A DNA stretch of 64,000 nucleotides from an uncultured archaeon (lineage in GTDB: Archaea; Thermoproteota; Bathyarchaeia; Bathyarchaeales; Bathycorpusculaceae): positions 224,001 through 288,000 of the forward strand of contig CAWALK010000020.1 of assembly GCA_963782915.1 (NCBI GenBank), given 5' to 3'. The notes under the pieces are model-generated. The model did not search any database. It was not told where the DNA came from and was given only the letters and a program-made list of their open reading frames with translations. A program made the translations under genes and the position numbers. Below, piece by piece: positions 61,563 through 64,000 of this stretch. Every line of letters begins with the position of its first letter. Within the stretch, counting starts at the first letter, position 1.

Positions 61563-62342
61563 ATGCAGCAAAAACTATTACTTAAAGCGGCAATAACACA
61601 AACAACCCAAACAATCACAACACCGCTTGCCTTTAATGTGCCAGACATAGATGGGCTTTTTCCTGGATTCAAAGCAGGCGACTTCGCCGTAGTCTATGGA
61701 CCACAATCAGTTACTTCATTAATGTCACAACTCGTCGTTCGAGCGCAACTGCCCAAACAACTCGGCGGTTTAGAAAGTAAAGTGGTTTTCATTGACGCAG
61801 CCAACAGTTCCTCACTATCAAATATTTTGCAGGCTGCAGAACAACAACACTTAGACCCTAAAACAGCGCTTGGAAACGTTGTTAACATGCGCGCATACAC
61901 AGCTTATCGGTTGACTTCACTGATAATGGAGGAGCTAGAAGAAGCTCTGGCAGTATCCAACGCAAAAATCGTAGTTATCTCTGACATCGTATGTCCATTC
62001 CTAAATGATAATATAGATGACCAAGAAGCAAAAGCCGTCTACAGCCAAATCATGAGTAATCTCGCAAGCTTTGCAAAAAGACACAAAATCACCATAGTCG
62101 CAACATACCTATCGCATGAAAGCAACAGAAGAAACAGTACTCTACAAGAAATCAGTACATCAAAAGCGGGTACGGTGCTTAGATTCACAAAAACACCCTA
62201 CACAAGTGAAGTAGAGTTGGAGAAGCATCCATCATACATGTTGGGTGTTGTAGAGTTTACTCCTGAAATCAAAACCTTAACGGACTACTCTGCTTCAAGC
62301 AACGGAAACATGGGCTTTACGCTAAGCTACAGAAAATTATAA
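61563..62342 (+). CDS. RadA/RadB-like protein with degenerate Walker A
   Basis: IDGLFPG, QLPKQLGGLESKVVFIDA, RAYTAY; P-loop reads YGPQSVTS. Confidence 0.8.
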   Translation: MQQKLLLKAAITQTTQTITTPLAFNVPDIDGLFPGFKAGDFAVVYGPQSVTSLMSQLVVRAQLPKQLGGLESKVVFIDAANSSSLSNILQAAEQQHLDPKTALGNVVNMRAYTAYRLTSLIMEELEEALAVSNAKIVVISDIVCPFLNDNIDDQEAKAVYSQIMSNLASFAKRHKITIVATYLSHESNRRNSTLQEISTSKAGTVLRFTKTPYTSEVELEKHPSYMLGVVEFTPEIKTLTDYSASSNGNMGFTLSYRKL

Positions 62343-62377
62343 AAAAGCTCCCTTTATTAAAGGAAATTAAAATAGGA

Positions 62378-62794
62378 TTAAGAGAACACAGAGAACGACG
62401 ATTCGCCTTCAGGCTCTTCGTTTTTCTTGTTGATCTCAGCGATTTTCTTGTTAACTTCCTCAACTTCTTTGGTGTTGCCTAAGGCTTTTTGGCTGTCCCT
62501 CACGTTTTCAAGTGCACTTACACCATAACGGTCAAAGCCCTTGCCCAAGGAGATGTCAGCGGATTTAGTGAAGAACTCAACAGCTTTCTCGTATTCTTTT
62601 AGGTTGAAGCTGCATTCGCCTGCTTTATAGTTCATTTCTGCGGAGCCAAAGTAGTTTTGGCCTTTATAGTAGAGGTCTGCGACTTTCGCGAAGAGGTCAC
62701 GTGCCTCTGCGAGTTTGCCGCTCTCCATTAAGGCTTGAGCGTCTTTGTGGAGTTTGATCGTGTCTACTTTTTCAGTCATAATCATCAACGGCAA
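62378..62794 (-). CDS. TPR/alpha-SNAP-like repeat protein
   Basis: Helical repeats (AGECSFNLKEYEKAVEFF). Confidence 0.7.
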   Translation of the reverse strand: MPLMIMTEKVDTIKLHKDAQALMESGKLAEARDLFAKVADLYYKGQNYFGSAEMNYKAGECSFNLKEYEKAVEFFTKSADISLGKGFDRYGVSALENVRDSQKALGNTKEVEEVNKKIAEINKKNEEPEGESSFSVFS

Positions 62795-62845
62795 AATTAT
62801 TGAGGGAACTCACATTTAGAATTTTCCCTTAACAAAAGACAGCGC

Positions 62846-62926
62846 TAGCCCCCTCCCTCGCTTATGCGAAACAAAATAGAGGCAAGTTTGTTGCTCTGCA
62901 CAGACCCCCCTCCCCTCTATATAAAG
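62846..62926. repeat. Inverted copy of dispersed repeat family
   Basis: Reverse complement TATATAGAGGGGAGGGGGGTCTGTGCAGAGCAACAAAC...GAGGGAGGGGGCTAG. Confidence 0.75.
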
Positions 62927-62949
62927 GCGGATTAGTTGTTGATTGACTG

Positions 62950-63819
62950 ATGCAACATACCCTTATATGTTCTATAACATACTTAAGTATAAGCAAAGGG
63001 CTAATTTTGAACAGAGTAATGCTTAAGCAAACAGATCAGCCATCGATTACAGAAATCAGGGCTACGTCACCCCAAACAGAAATTTTAACACTCAATGGTG
63101 CCTTAATTTTAAGTGGACACCAACCCACCCTGCTTCCATATCCCGGCTTCTTCTATCGAATGTACCATTCAAACATCATGGATATCTGTCCCTATGACCC
63201 CTTTAGCCGCCACAGCGACCGCTACCAGCACCGAGTCAAAATCGGAACCGATGCAAATTGGCGCTGGCTTACCCTGCCTGTGGAAGCTTCAAATGGCTGC
63301 TCTATAATGGATGTAAAACTCAAAACTAACCTGCTCACCGATCGCTGGTGCGAATTAGAACAAGTTTACCGAAAATATCCTCTATGGAAAGAATACAGGG
63401 CTGAGTTGAAAGAGATTTTCTTTGGTTACAACTGCCTCTGGGAGCTTAACATGCGCCTTATTCTTTGGATAAGGGATATTTTGAGCATCAAAACATATCT
63501 CTCCATCTCTTATGGCGCAAAAGGCTGCGATACAACGGAGCGTGTGGCTTCGCAGTTCTCAAACTATGGCTCAGTGGTCTATCTAGCCGGCAAAGGCAGC
63601 CTGGACTATTTGGACACCCAAAAATATGAACACTTAACCAACTCAACCATCGCCATAGTCACCTATACGCCGCCCCCGCCGTTCTCAACGGTTTCTATAC
63701 TGACACCGCTAATGCTTTATGCACCCCAGAAAGTCCTGGAAATCCTAAACATCAAAAAAGAACCCATAAAAGTGATGGTTAACGGCGCTGAATACAGCGT
63801 CGATTACCTGAACAGCTAA
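62950..63819 (+). CDS. WbqC family protein
   Basis: HQPTLLPYPGFF...WLTLPV...YLAGKG; start probably downstream. Confidence 0.8.
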   Translation: MQHTLICSITYLSISKGLILNRVMLKQTDQPSITEIRATSPQTEILTLNGALILSGHQPTLLPYPGFFYRMYHSNIMDICPYDPFSRHSDRYQHRVKIGTDANWRWLTLPVEASNGCSIMDVKLKTNLLTDRWCELEQVYRKYPLWKEYRAELKEIFFGYNCLWELNMRLILWIRDILSIKTYLSISYGAKGCDTTERVASQFSNYGSVVYLAGKGSLDYLDTQKYEHLTNSTIAIVTYTPPPPFSTVSILTPLMLYAPQKVLEILNIKKEPIKVMVNGAEYSVDYLNS

Positions 63820-63821
63820 AC

Positions 63822-64000
63822 TTATGGCGCCATCAGTTTAAGATAGATGGCTTTTGCCGAATAGAGCCTATTTTCAGCTTGCTCATAAATCACTGCTTTC
63901 GGATTTTGGATAGATTCTGCATCTATTTCGTAGCCCCGGTGAATGGGCATGTCATGCATGATGTAGGCGTCGCTTCCTTTGAGTAACTGTGTATTGATTT
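63822..64000 (-). CDS. C-terminus of an ornithine/aspartate carbamoyltransferase-family protein (partial)
   Basis: IMHDMPIHRGYEID...IYEQAENRLYSAKA. Confidence 0.8.
   Translation of the reverse strand, partial: INTQLLKGSDAYIMHDMPIHRGYEIDAESIQNPKAVIYEQAENRLYSAKAIYLKLMAP

Noticed and set aside
1-64000. rRNA, complete tRNA, or Sec/Pyl recoding
   Set aside because: No full cloverleaf, rRNA signature or conserved in-frame TGA/TAG recognised by eye

Overview
Archaeal genomic DNA, most likely Bathyarchaeia. This is an inference from archaeal r-proteins S4e/L32e/L19e, RNase P p29, and the style of the surface proteins. The conserved core is the L22-to-L30 ribosomal protein operon (21.5-30.3 kb) and L15-secY-DUF106-cmk (40.9-44.8 kb), split by a ~10 kb accessory block. 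Other genes include hydrogenase maturation hypF/C/D/E, an acyl-CoA ligase, a glycosyltransferase/radical SAM/methyltransferase cluster, catalase HPII, ilvC, ArsB, ThiF, DNA ligase and a Walker-A-less RadB-like gene. Many genes carry single-base frameshifts, probably long-read assembly errors. Signals outside the ORF track: (1) two multi-stem minus-strand leader RNA candidates in front of small Cys/His-rich genes, at 15096-15223 (cUUCGg loop, many G-U pairs) and 31800-31908 (complementary kissing loops); (2) a rod-shaped sRNA candidate with a CU-rich loop; (3) a transposase-less ~5.9 kb cargo island bounded by inverted repeats and a 12-bp direct repeat; (4) three viral terminase 3'-end remnants alternating with cargo genes like a cassette array; (5) a dispersed intergenic repeat family, one copy interrupted by an ISH3-like IS with a 4-bp target duplication; (6) long A/K/E/P-rich C-terminal tails on five ribosomal proteins. 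No database searches or folding programs were run; all alignments and pairings were read by eye.
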